A stretch of DNA of 64,000 nt from Octopus bimaculoides (lineage: Eukaryota). Where the stretch lies: contig NC_068990.1 of assembly GCF_001194135.2 (NCBI RefSeq), forward strand, positions 73,947,798 to 74,011,797, in the 5' to 3' direction. The position numbers and the translations under genes were made by a program. This document shows, in pieces, positions 12,427 to 24,581 of the stretch. Every line of letters begins with the position of its first letter. Position 1 is the first letter of the stretch. The notes beneath the pieces were generated by a model. The model was not told the origin of the DNA and did not search any database. It was given only the letters and a program-made list of their open reading frames with translations.

Positions 12427-13353
12427 CTTAATACACAGGTATGTATGCAAGTTTTACTTTCTCGCTCTCTCTCTTTCTATATAGATATGTAGGTATGTAT
12501 TTGAATGTAATTATGTTTAAATGCTTAAGTAGATGTATATGTACATAAACATATATAGATATGCACATACATTATAAACATCTTCCTGCTTACGCACACA
12601 TGTATATATTATGTAAGTATAGACACCTGTATGTACAGATATGTTTTATTATGAGAATATTCTACAGACAATTTTATACATCAAGACTATTCATTTAAGA
12701 TTACTTTTGAGGATATCTATTTTCTCGCATGTAGTCTATTAAAATTTCAGCAAATCTATGTGCTTTGGGGACATTTGGAATTTGTGTTCATTGAATGAAA
12801 GGTCTCAGTCTAGAAGAAAAAAATATATTTGCCAAATGCTTTTGACAATTATATTTGAAAAATGTTTACAGAAATTTATAAGAAGATCAAGATCGAAAAA
12901 ATTCTTATAAAGACATTTAGCATTAAATCAATGAATTTTCTTTTTTTTTCTTTTTCCTTAATGTAATATTTGTATCATCGCTCTCAAAGTCCTTGTTGGT
13001 TTAGAAAGAAAGGATTTTTTTGTCATCATTGTGAAAGAATTCTTTTTTTCTATCTGAACTTATTAGAGATATATAGAGGAATCCCTCCCGAGAACAGCAA
13101 CAGTTCACAATATTTCAATTTAGTAATAGAGTATGTTTTGTCAAATAAATCTTTAAGATTCTCAAGGGAAATAAGAAAAATATTAAATTTTAAATACTTT
13201 CACTCATAATTTAAATATCAACTTAAATTATGGTTTTTTTTTAAATTTAGGTTTTCATTCTCTAAATTTTAATACAAAATAAATAATAACAATAACATAA
13301 TAAATGACAAGAACAGAAATAATATTAATAGTAGTAATGAATCAAATTAATTA

Positions 13354-13401
<48 letters not shown>

Positions 13402-13439
13402 ATGTATGCGTNNNNNNNNNNATGCATGCATGCACACAC

Positions 13440-13477
<38 letters not shown>

Positions 13478-14153
13478 ACACATACAGCTCCCAAAAGCCC
13501 AGATGAAAATCAACAATCTGTATGTATGTGTGTATGTGTGTTTTTGCATGTGTGTATTTATGTATGCATATATATGCACAATTTAAAAGAATTAATCAAG
13601 GTAAAAATTTATTGTATATTGAAACGATGATGTAATTTTCAAGGAATCTATTATTGCTTGCAAAAAATTTTGAGTATTTCTAAAAAAATATTCATAGTAT
13701 TTATTTCTTGATGTATTTACTTTTGTAGTTGTTGAATTATTATTATAAAAAAAGAAACATTTCTAAATAATTTTTTCCCCCTGCAATTGTAATCTGATGT
13801 TATAGTACTTTATGACGCTTAATTACAGCCCAGAAGTACATTTCCAATAACTAGTTTGAATTTACTTTATTGTTTTCATAAGATGACTTAAGTTAAAATA
13901 GACAACCCATTCTTGAAAACTGCTGGTGTCTGACTTAATAAAGTTGAAAAGTTAATGGCTTATCCCTCATCAATTTCATTGTAGAAAATCTAATGCTAAA
14001 CTAATTATCTTTTAAGAACGACCACTCAATCTAACAAGCTTGGTATGGATTGTTGTTGTTATTTTTTAATTCCAAATTAGTCCTGATTGAGCAGATTTAT
14101 ATAAACAAAAGGATTCCAATCATAATGACTATTATATGTTTGTTTTACAGTGT

Positions 14154-14826
14154 TCTTTTATTCTTTTTCTTGTTTCAGTCATTTGACTGCGGCCATGCTG
14201 AAGCACAATCTTGAAAGGTTTCAGTTGAACAAATCTGTGCCAGGATTTATTTCTTAAGCCTAGTACTTGTTCTATCAATCTTTTCTGCTGAATCACTAAG
14301 TTACAGGAACATAAACACACCAACACTGGTTGTCAAGTGGTCATGGGGAAAAACACATATACAAAGACACGTATATAGATATATACATACATACAGATAT
14401 ATATATATATANNNNNNNNNNNNNNNNNNNNNNNNNNNNNNNNNNNNNNNNNNNNNNNNNNNNNNNNNNNNNNNNNNNNNNNNNNNNNNNNNNNNNNNNN
14501 NNNNNNNNNNNNNNNNNNNNNNNNNNNNNNNNNNNNNNNNNNNNNNNNNNNNNNNNNNNNNNNNNNNNNNNNNNNNNNNNNNNNNNNNNNNNNNNNNNNN
14601 NNNNNNNNNNNNNNNNNNNNNNNNNNNNNNNNNNNNNNNNNNNTATATATATATATGTATATATGTATATATATGTATATATGTATATATACGACCAGCT
14701 TCTTTCAGTTTCCGTCTACCAAATCCACTCACAAGGCTTTACTCAGCCCTAGGCTATAGCAGATGACACTTGCAAAAGGTGTCATGTAGTGGAACTGAAC
14801 CTGGAACCATTTGGTTGGGAAGCAAG
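14154..14826 (-). mobile_element. Near-full SINE family B with internal (TA)n and N-gap
   Basis: 3' part at 14154-14345 and 5' part at 14690-14826 both match family B; microsatellite and gap lie between them. Confidence 0.8.
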
Positions 14827-14865
14827 TGATTTTAGTAACATTTAGTTGCTATTCTGTATGATCCT

Positions 14866-15086
14866 TTAGCATTCAGATTACTCTGTCAAAATATAATGCT
14901 TATTTGTACATATTGTTTTGAATTCTTCATGTGTCGTCTCATAGTTTCAAGATTTTGATGATGTAGTCATTTATTTTTGGAACGGTATTGCAGGACAGGT
15001 GTAAGAGGCAAAATAGGGTTTGTTTAAACATAAAAATAGATAAAATGTTTAGGCTGGATATGATTGGTTTAAAGTCTAAAGAGTTA
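14866..15086 (-). mobile_element. piggyBac-like MITE copy
   Basis: Reverse complement of the 55848 copy (cctttagcattcagattactctg ... ggtttaaagtctaaagagttaa). Confidence 0.65.
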
Positions 15087-15289
15087 AGCATCCACATTAG
15101 GGTGCTTAATCTTGTCGTGGGTAAACCGCTGCCTGTGTGAGGCATGCAGCCTATTGGACTTTCTTAATAATATGTCAACATAGAATAAGTATTAGGGTTA
15201 AGAAATAAGTCCTGGGGTTGATTTGTTTGTAGTACTTCAAGGCAGTACTACAACATAATCACAGCCAAATAGCTGAAGCAAGTGAACAA

Positions 15290-15500
15290 ATAATATTGGT
15301 TTCAAATGTTGGTGCAAGGCCAGCAATTTACATTGACCTTAGTGTATGACTGGTACTTATTTTATTGACCCCCCCCCCAAAAAAAAAGGATGAAAGGTAA
15401 AGTTGACCTTGGTGGAATTTGAACTCAGAACATTAAGACGGACAAAATGCTGCTGAGCAATTTTACCTGGCATGTGAACGGTTCTGCCTGTTCACCACCT
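15290..15500 (-). mobile_element. Deu/Nin-domain-like tRNA SINE (family D)
   Basis: ctggtacttattttattgaccc...aaaggatgaaaggtaaagttgacc...atttgaactcagaa is the reverse complement of the gcctttcatcctt..ggggtcgataaa..aagtaccag core. Confidence 0.65.
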
Positions 15501-16186
15501 TATGTGCCAGCATAACCTTGAATTATTTTAGTAGTGTGGCCTGTCTGACTATGAGCAATGTCACATGTGGCCTGCTTCTCATAAAATGTGGCCTATGCCT
15601 GGCTTAAACGATGAGTTTATGTACATTGCTGTAATCATTGAACATCAACACTGTATAATTTGACAACAATTCTGTCAACTATCAAATCTGTATTAAATTC
15701 CTTCTAAACTAGAAGTGAGAAAGTAATAGTAATCTAAGTCATTGTGCCTTTTCTTTTAATCAATGCATGGAGATAAAGACATCAGTGTTGTTTGATTAAC
15801 TCAATGGATAACTCCTTTACAAAATACAATTGAAATATGTTTGTCTCTATGGATCTCACAGTTTGGTATGCATTTAATTTTATAGGAATTTATTAATATG
15901 ACTGATATTTTAATATAGAAATTAATTCACATGACTTTAGGGGATAATTTAGACTTGAAAGCATTATAAACTATATTTATTAAATTATCTTATATTTACA
16001 TTTCGTATTTCATGAAACATTGTGCAAACTGTGTGGCTAAGTGCCAAATTTATTATTAGTTTTGGATTTATGAAGGGAACCAAGTTTTAGAAAGTGAACT
16101 AGGCTTCTATTCTATCATAGTTAAGATAAACTGGTGTACTACAATATCTAAGTTAGGATAGATTGGTACACTTACTTTGTAATATA

Positions 16187-16403
16187 TGAGGGGCCGCTGC
16201 AAAGTTCCTGGTTTTAAGGGTGTTATGCAAGGCCTGGTTGGAGGTTCAACCTTCTGAGTTCTTTTACAGGGCTTAGAAAAACTGAAGAACTGCTGCAATA
16301 AATGTGTGAATCTGTGAGGAGAATATGTTGAATAAAATCATAATTAATTGATCCTCCTGTATTTTATTTTACGCAAAGCCAAGAACTTTTCAGCACATCC
16401 TTG
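16187..16403 (+). mobile_element. Mariner-derived MITE
   Basis: TA-flanked, with imperfect TIRs (tgaggggccgctgcaaagttcctggtttt / aaagccaagaacttttcagcacatccttg). Internal GLEKLKNCCNKCVNL*GEYVE* resembles the mariner transposase C-terminus. Confidence 0.75.
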
Positions 16404-16811
16404 TAAGAGTATGAACAAAGAGCTGGCTTAGCTTCGGGGATGCCTCATCAAATAGCTTGATCAACATTAGAATCTACTACATTGGGCATTTAATTCTGAT
16501 TTATGTTAGTGACAAACAAATTACCGACTGGATAAGATGTCGATCTTAATAAATAATATTTTTCCTAGGTACAACTGAACTCAGCACTGAATGCAAACAA
16601 AACTCTCACCTGTGTGATAGTGTTGTCATTTCTTTTAACATGTGATTGACTAGAAATACCAGTCAACTTTTCTTCAAATTATTGTCTACTGTATTAAACA
16701 ATAAAAGGAGGGCACACTGGATAAGTTATTCTTAGATGTACAGTGTTTGAAAGAAAGAAGGAATGGCTAAGACTGGAATGTCTCCGATCATAAACCAGAG
16801 CAGTCAGAGAC

Positions 16812-16812
16812 C

Positions 16813-16845
<33 letters not shown>

Positions 16846-16896
16846 CTTACTGGCACATAAGTAGGCTGTTGAGTGTTAAATATCTTGGTCACTCAT

Positions 16897-16927
<31 letters not shown>

Positions 16928-16929
16928 AG

Positions 16930-16960
<31 letters not shown>

Positions 16961-16966
16961 ATCATT
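16812..16966. repeat. (CAA)n and (CAT)(CAG)(CAC)(CAT) compound trinucleotide repeats
   Basis: Directly visible. Confidence 0.95.
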
Positions 16967-17817
16967 TAACATGTATGTCATGGACACAATACAGCTCTAG
17001 TGTCAAAATACAAACTGTTTTGGCTTGATTATCCATGGTTTATTCTCATCAGCTAATAATATCAGTCACCAAATTAAGAAAAATATATGTCAAAAGAAAA
17101 AAAATAAAGTCAAACTATTATTAAAAGATAAAGAAGTAAACTTTTAAAAATATAGGAATGAAACTTGCTTTTTTTCTGTATGGCTAGATTCTCATTTTGA
17201 TAAACTTGCACAGTAAGATAAATATCAGAAATTGAATTTCGATTGTGAAAGTACATTCTAACACTGATAATTTATGAAAATTATTCCCTTTAGCTAAAAA
17301 GAAAAGTGAAAATATATATAAAAAAAGAGCATATGTATAATAATGAATTAGTTATATTTGTTTGTGCTAAGCAAATATTTTTCATCTTACCAGTTAATCT
17401 TACATTTGTGTGATCAAATTCTACAAAATATTTTTTTTTTAAATTTCAATTCTTTGTCTCTTTGATCTTTTTTAACACTTATGAAATTCTACCAATGACA
17501 GACAATAAGTAAGCAGTAATGAAATTTGAAATAATCTATAAAAATTGTTAGTTTTGCTCATTATTCTTAAATATTGGTGTTTACAGTCATGATGTAACAA
17601 TCTTCTCATTGTCTGAAATATTATCACTTCCAGCCAGTTCCATTAAGGAAGCCATTCCCAATGTGTGATGTTTATCTCTGTATAAATTTGCATTAAATTT
17701 ATGTATAAGTATGAGTTCTTCCTACCTGCAAACAAATTGGAAAGGTCTCTAATCATTAACTACTCAGGGGAGAGAGGAAATTAGCGGAAAAGACAGTGTG
17801 GAGAATAGAAACATGGT

Positions 17818-18062
17818 GGAGGCACGTGGCTTAGTGGTTAGGGTGTTGGACTCATGACCGTGAGATTGTGGTTTGAATTCTTGGACTGGCCAACATGTTG
17901 TGTTCTTGAGCAAAGCACTTCATTTCATGTTACTGCAGTCCACTTAGCTGGCAAAAAGGAGAAACCCTGTGATGGACTGCTGTCCCATCCAGATGGGAAA
18001 TATATACACCTTGAAACCGAGAAACCAGCACTTATGAGTTGGTATGGCTTGAGAAGGTAAGT
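17818..18062 (+). mobile_element. tRNA-headed SINE family C
   Basis: ggaggcacgtggcttagtggttagg (A-box) ... gtttgaattc (B-box-like). Homologous heads at about 31590, 49410 and 61822. Confidence 0.75.
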
Positions 18063-18154
18063 TTTTTTAATAGAAACATGAGAAAGAGAGGAGGAGAGGT
18101 GTAAAACCAGTGTGAGTAATCTTTCACAATGTTCTTGATTCAAGTGTTGGCATT

Positions 18155-18530
18155 GAGGGAAGGAGCGGGGCACCACAGAAATGGTAGATGGTTTATGGCA
18201 CAAACAAAAATAACTTTAAACTTGCTAAAATAATATTTGGGATGCCTTTGTTTCTAAGTATAGCTGCAGATGCGTTACCTAAGATTAATTTTGAGGATCT
18301 GATCAAAGACCTTGCAATTCAAAAAGGTAAGAGGAAACTTTCAAATATAAATAAGGTGGAATTATACAAAAATAAGCATTATTTTCCCTTTTACTGTTTT
18401 GCTTTGTTTTGAAAAATAAAACATTATTTTATGGTTTGTTACTGTTTATATTTTGAATTACATAATCCTTTATGTGGGCACCAAAATCTTTTAAGCGCCT
18501 AGAGCCTTGATGGGTTTTAATCCAGCCTTG
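18155..18530 (+). mobile_element. hAT transposon 3' relic
   Basis: LFLSIAADALPKINFEDLIKDLAIQKGKRK resembles the end of the hAT dimerisation domain. The terminus taatccagccttg resembles hAT-type TIRs. Confidence 0.55.
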
Positions 18531-20370
18531 CATATGTTATATGCATTTGTGATTCAATTATCATCTTTAACATTTCTTGCTGCAGAAATCAGATATAACC
18601 ACTCAAAGTTCCATTACTCTTAAGAGCGGAAAGCAGTTTTATACAGAAATCTATTTTTTGTTAAGGAAATTCCTGTTTGAAAATATCATTTGTTTAGATA
18701 TATCAAATTTGTTGAGGCAACATAATTTGCAGAAAATACCATTTCTATTTATTTTAGTAGATGTTTGATATCATTGCTGGAATAATCATGAAATTTAATT
18801 TTACTGTTAAAGGGTTAAAAACACCAAATATCATCATCAACATTGTAGTTTTGATATCCACTTTACTTCATTTTCATGATTTAGATGTAATTCATTGAGG
18901 TACGTTTTCAGTGACTGGATGCTCTCCTTGTTGCCAAACTTCACCTGTTCTCAAGTAAGTTATTTGACCATGACTCGATATGTGTTCATAGAAGATTGGA
19001 AATGAATGATATTGCTTGTATGATGGCAATACTCATTTTACAATTATTATGCGATGTCAAAACAAGGAAGCACGCACACACACACACACACAATGGAATT
19101 CATTCAGTTTCCATCTCCTAAATCCTAACATATAGCTTTGATTGATTCAGGGCTAAATTAAAATACACTTGCTCATGTCACCATACAGTGGGATTGACCT
19201 TGAATTAGTGTGGCTGGACAGTAAACTTCCTGTGCCTCATATAAAACATTATTATACAAATGCTTTTATTATTGACTGCACACTACTCTCCTCATTTTAC
19301 TCACATACAATATCACCTTATGTTAATATCTTATATTTTCATTGGACTTGCTGAGTGTTCTCTTCAAACTTTTCCTGTTCAGTGTTATATCAGGGGGAAA
19401 TATTATTTACTGACAATTACAAAAGAGTTTACTACAAAATGTTGTAAACAGCATTTCAGATATGAAATAGTGCCCAGAAACTAATCCCTTATAGATTTAT
19501 TGAGAGTTAGTTTCATGAGAAAAACTGTCAAATTCTTGATGTACTTTCAGGTTCATCACTCTTTTCACAGTGAGGACTTCAAACACAGTATGGCTATAAA
19601 AGTGGGTTTGGCAGTAAGTACTTGCCAGCAGTATGGTCCTGTGTTCAAACCCACTACATGGCACCTTCAGCAAGTCCCTTCTGCTATAGCTCCAGGCTGA
19701 TCAAACTTTGTGATTAAATTTGGTATATGGAAACTGAAAGAAGCCTGTTGTATATATGCATGTGCACATGGTGAGGCTCCAGTGTGGAAGTTGTGGAATG
19801 CCCCTTAAATATCATTTCTCCCAAGATCCATTCTGACCTGAAAAAGTTGAACCTGTTAGAATCCCATCTTTTGAACTATATAAATTTCACAGGGATAGAT
19901 GAGGGTCCCATTATTTTTGACAAAGCTGTGGAAGAGGCAGCTCTTCTAAGAGAAAGATAGTCCAAGATAAAATTTGCAGTCAAAATAGTACCAGTTATTT
20001 TGCAATGCTTGTCACTGGAATCTAGTATGGTTGTACAAGATTTTGTCACTTAAATCCAATGACATATAGACATTTCATTATCATTAATGTGAGACAGTTA
20101 TCATCTGAGATGAGGCAATGTTCATACATACATATATATATATATATATATANNNNNNNNNNNNNNNNNNNNNNNNNNNNNNNNNNNNNNNNNNNNNNNN
20201 NNNNNNNNNNNNNNNNNNNNNNNNNNNNNNNNNNNNNNNNNNNNNNNNNNNNNNNNNNNNNNNNNNNNNNNNNNNNNNNNNNNNNNNNNNNNNNNNNNNN
20301 NNNNNNNNNNNNNNNNNNNNNNNNNNNNNNNNNNNNNNNNNNNNNNNNNNNNNNNNNNNNNNNNNNNNNN

Positions 20371-20402
<32 letters not shown>

Positions 20403-20412
20403 CACACATACA

Positions 20413-21290
20413 TATATCTATAATATAAATTGAACATTTATTCTTTCTTTCTCGAGGTTCACGGCCAAATGGCTGGGTGGATTCACGTGAAAAATAGCAC
20501 ACGTGTGGAGACGAGTGCATAGATTAGAACGCACTTTATATTTTTTCCTAGCCCCCATAGTTACCAAGAAAATCGATTAAAACAACGTGCATGCGTGCGT
20601 GTATGTGAGTGTGTGTCACTGAAGCCATTCATACATACATAATTACTCTCTCTTTCACTCTCTCTCGGTTTTTCTCTGTCAATCACCCACACATTCACTC
20701 ACTACAAAAACTGAATAAAAAACTTCAGTTATCTTTCTTCCTCTCTCTCTCTCTCTCTCATACACACACACCATCAACATTACTCTCTGTGTCTCGCACA
20801 CCCCATCAAACATACAAACACACGTCCATTTCATGTCTTTTACTTTCTCTATGATTATACACATGTCCAATACAATAGCTCTCTCATACATTTTCGTCTT
20901 CAACAGGTATGTATCTATTCTATAATATAAATTGTTTTCCTATAAAAGTATAACAATTACTTATTCCAGACTTCTTCACTTCGCCTTTATCTTCACTTTT
21001 CTTAAATTGGATACGTCTGCTATTAATTCTTACATACAATTTCCCCGTTAATTCTTACAGCTTCATTTTCTGTTAAAGCAATTCTTAACGTCAACTCCTT
21101 ACTGCCTCTTCTATTTTTTTTCTAGCCCCCATACTTACGGAGAACAGCAATTAAAACTTTTTCTAATGCAATTCCCCTTTCTTCGACCAGTAACACAACC
21201 AGTTGCTCGTGCACATTACAGTTTCTCATTCAAACTATATAATACGCAGAATTGTCGCATTAATTCAGTAGGGAGTTTTGAGGGAGATTT
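20413..21290 (+). mobile_element. Possible Helitron/Helentron-like non-autonomous element preceding the minisatellite
   Basis: tctataatataaattg occurs twice (about 20415 and 20919) and ttttttc(c)tagcccc(c)cata twice (about 20541 and 21115). No clear CTRR 3' end seen. Confidence 0.3.
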
Positions 21291-22315
21291 GGCTGTTCTG
21301 GAAAGTTCCGAGGAGGGGGGAATTATTTCCCGGAAAATTCCGAGGCGGGGGCGAATTACCTCCTGGAAAATTCAAAGGAAGGGTAGGAGGGGAGGAATTA
21401 CATCCTAGAATGTCCCGAGGAAGATGAGGAATTATTTTCTTAAAGTTCCGAGGAGGGGGAGGAAATAATTCATGGAAAGTTACGAGGAGGGGAAGGAATT
21501 AATTCCTGGAAAGTTCCAAGGGTGGGTGGGGTGAATTATTTCCTGGAAAGTTCCAAGGAAAGAAATGAAGGGGAGGAATTACTCCCTAGAAGGGGGAGGG
21601 AGCAAATTACTTCCTGGAAAGTTTTGAGGAGGAGGGTGAAATTACATCATGGAAATTTCCGAGGAGAGGGAGGAATTAGTTCCAGAAAGTTCCGAGGAGA
21701 TGGGTGAATAACTTCCTGGAAAGTTCCAAGGAAGGGGTGGAATTACTTCGCGGAAAGTTCAAAGGAAAGGGAGGAGGCGAAGGCGCGAATTACTTACTAG
21801 AAGGTTCCAAGGAAGGGAGGAAATACTACCTGGAAAGTTCCGACGAGGGGACGAAATACATCTTAGAAAGTTCGAAGGAAATGAAGAAGGGAGAGGAAAT
21901 ACTTCCAGGAAAGTTCCAAGGAAGGGAATGAGGAATTATTTCCTGGAAAGTTCCGAGGATAGTTAGGACATACTTCCTGCAACGTTCCGAGGATGGTACT
22001 TACATGAAAGTTCCGATGATGAGCTACTTCCTGGAAAGCTCTGAGAATGGAACTTCCTAGAATGTTCTGAAGATTTCCTGGAAAGTTCTGGAGATGGGAT
22101 ACTTGTAAGACAGTTCCCAGGAAAGGGACTTCCTCGAAAGTTCCGAGGAGGGGGCGAATTACTTCATGAAAGGTTCCGAGGCCTATCAGGAAATTCCCGG
22201 GAGGAGCTACATTCTGGAAAACTCCGACTATAAACTACTTCCTGGAAAGTTCCGAGTATGACCTACCTCCTGGAAAGTTCCGAGGATGAGCTACTTCCTG
22301 GGAAGTTCCGAGGAT
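21290..22315 (+). repeat. G-rich minisatellite, core TTCCTGGAAAGTTCC(G/A)AGGA
   Basis: Roughly 25-30 units by eye, period about 28-45 bp, with variable purine spacers. Confidence 0.9.
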
Positions 22316-22319
22316 GAGA

Positions 22320-23700
22320 ATTCCTTCTAACCCTTCCTGCCCTTACCCCTCAAACCCCCCTCTCTGGAATGTTGAACATTACTCCGCTTCCTCCCCGTCC
22401 CCCTTAAAATTCCTCTCTGGAATGTTTAACATACCACCACTTCCCACCTTAAATTCCCCTCTCTGGAATGTTGAACATGCTTCCCTCCACGTACCCTATC
22501 ACACCCCCCTCTATAGAATGTTGAACTTCCTATCCTGCCGTTCCTCGCTTTCTCCCTTAGAATCTCCCTATCTGGAATGTTAAACATTCCTTCCTCTACT
22601 TCCCACTAATGTTGAACNNNNNNNNNNNNNNNNNNNNNNNNNNNNNNNNNNNNNNNNNNNNNNNNNNNNNNNNNNNNNNNNNNNNNNNNNNNNNNNNNNN
22701 NNNNNNNNNNNNNNNNNNNNNNNNNNNNNNNNNNNNNNNNNNNNNNNNNNNNNNNNNNNNNNNNNNNNNNNNNNNNNNNNNNNNNNNNNNNNNNNNNNNN
22801 NNNNNNNNNNNNNNNNNNNNNNNNNNNNNNNNNNNNNNNNNNNNNNNNNNNNNNNNNNNNNNNNNNNNNNNNNNNNNNNNNNNNNNNNNNNNNNNNNNNN
22901 NNNNNNNNNNNNNNNNNNNNNNNNNNNNNNNNNNNNNNNNNNNNNNNNNNNNNNNNNNNNNNNNNNNNNNNNNNNNNNNNNNNNNNNNNNNNNNNNNNNN
23001 NNNNNNNNNNNNNNNNNNNNNNNNNNNNNNNNNNNNNNNNNNNNNNNNNNNNNNNNNNNNNNNNNNNNNNNNNNNNNNNNNNNNNNNNNNNNNNNNNNNN
23101 NNNNNNNNNNNNNNNNNNNNNNNNNNNNNNNNNNNNNNNNNNNNNNNNNNNNNNNNNNNNNNNNNNNNNCCCCCTCTCTGGAATGTTGAACATTCCTTCC
23201 TCCCCTTCCTCTTCAAATCCCCCTCTCTGGAATGTTGAACTTCCCTACCTCCCCTTCCCCCTCAAATACCCCTCTCTGGAATGTTGAACTTCCCTACCTC
23301 CCCTTCCACCCCTACACCCTCAAATCCCCCTCTCTGGAATGTTGAACATTCCTTCCTCCCCTTCCTCTTCAAATCCCCCTCTCTGGAATGTTGAACTTCC
23401 CTACCTCTCCTTCCTCCCTTCACCCTCAAATCCCCCTCTCTGGAGTGTTGAAATTCCTTCCTCCCCTTCCCCTGAAATCCCCCTCTCTGGAATGTTGAGC
23501 ATTCCTTCCTCCCCTTCTCCCCATATCCCCTTTCAGGAATGCCGATCTTCCCATCCTCCCCTTCCCCCTCATTTCCCCTCTCTGGAATGTTCAACATTCT
23601 TTCCTCCCCTTCCCCCTCCAATCTACCTCTCTGGAATGTTGAACTTCCCTACCTCCCCTTCCCCCTCTCTGGAATGTTGAACATTCCTTCCTCCCCATGG
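22320..23700 (+). repeat. C-rich minisatellite, core CCCTCTCTGGAATGTTGAAC(A/T)TTCC (spans an N-gap)
   Basis: Period about 45-57 bp, seen on both sides of the gap at 22618-23169. Confidence 0.9.
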
Positions 23701-23714
23701 TGACATAGACATTT

Positions 23715-23935
23715 AAATGATGATGATGATGTGCCCCCAACCATCGCTTGACAACCAATGTTGGTGTGTTAACATCTTTGTAAGGTAGCGGTTTGCCAAA
23801 AAAGACCAATAGAATTAGCACTAGACTTACAATGAAAATGTTCTGAAGTCGATTTCTTCTACTAAAACCCTTTAAGGTGATGCTCCAGCATGGCCACAAT
23901 CAAATGACTGAAACAAGTAAAAGATTACGAGAATA
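23715..23935 (+). mobile_element. SINE family B, 3' half
   Basis: ccatcgcttgacaaccaatgttggtgtg...tgactgaaacaagtaaaag. Confidence 0.75.
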
Positions 23936-23966
23936 CGTACATGCATGTATATATGTGTGTATATAC

Positions 23967-24000
<34 letters not shown>

Positions 24001-24401
24001 NNNNNNNNNNNNNNNNNNNNNNNNNNNNNNNNNNNNNNNNNNNNNNNNNNNNNNNNNNNNNNNNNNNNNNNNNNNNNNNNNNNNNNNNNNNNNNNNNNNN
24101 NNNNNNNNNNNNNNNNNNNNNNNNNNNNNNNNNNNNNNNNNNNNNNNNNNNNNNNNNNNNNNNNNNNNNNNNNNNNNNNNNNNNNNNNNNNNNNNNNNNN
24201 NNNNNNNNNNNNNNNNNNNNNNNNNNNNNNNNNNNNNNNNNNNNNNNNNNNNNNNNNNNNNNNNNNNNNNNNNNNNNNNNNNNNNNNNNNNNNNNNNNNN
24301 NNNNNNNNNNNNNNNNNNNNNNNNNNNNNNNNNNNNNNNNNNNNNNNNNNNNNNNNNNNNNNNNNNNNNNNNNNNNNNNNNCCTTCGTCCCATTGGCTCG
24401 T

Positions 24402-24581
24402 ACAATCACCCACTACACTCTCTGAGTGGTTGGCATTAGGAAGGGCATCCAGCTGTAGAAACTCTGCTAAATCAGATTGGAGCCTGGTGTAACCACCTGG
24501 TTCACCAGTCCTCAGTCAAATCGTCCAGCCCATGCTAGCATGGAAAGCGGACGTTAGACGATGATGATGATGATGATGATG
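24402..24581 (+). mobile_element. RTE LINE 3' UTR fragment
   Basis: cacccactacactctctgagtggttggcattaggaagggcatccagctgtag...(gat)n. Confidence 0.85.

Noticed and set aside
17580-17690. Segment open on both strands (HDVTIFSLSEILSLPASS… / DKHHTLGMASLMELAGSD…)
   Set aside because: No convincing donor site on either strand and no recognisable protein.
17818-17890. tRNA genes at SINE heads (also at 26744, 49410, 61822, 62101)
   Set aside because: A- and B-boxes are present, but I could not build a full cloverleaf and the sequence continues into SINE bodies.
21290-23700. CRISPR-like appearance (conserved palindromic repeat with variable spacers)
   Set aside because: The spacers are low-complexity, mutually related and variable in length; the context is eukaryotic with no cas genes. 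This is a minisatellite.
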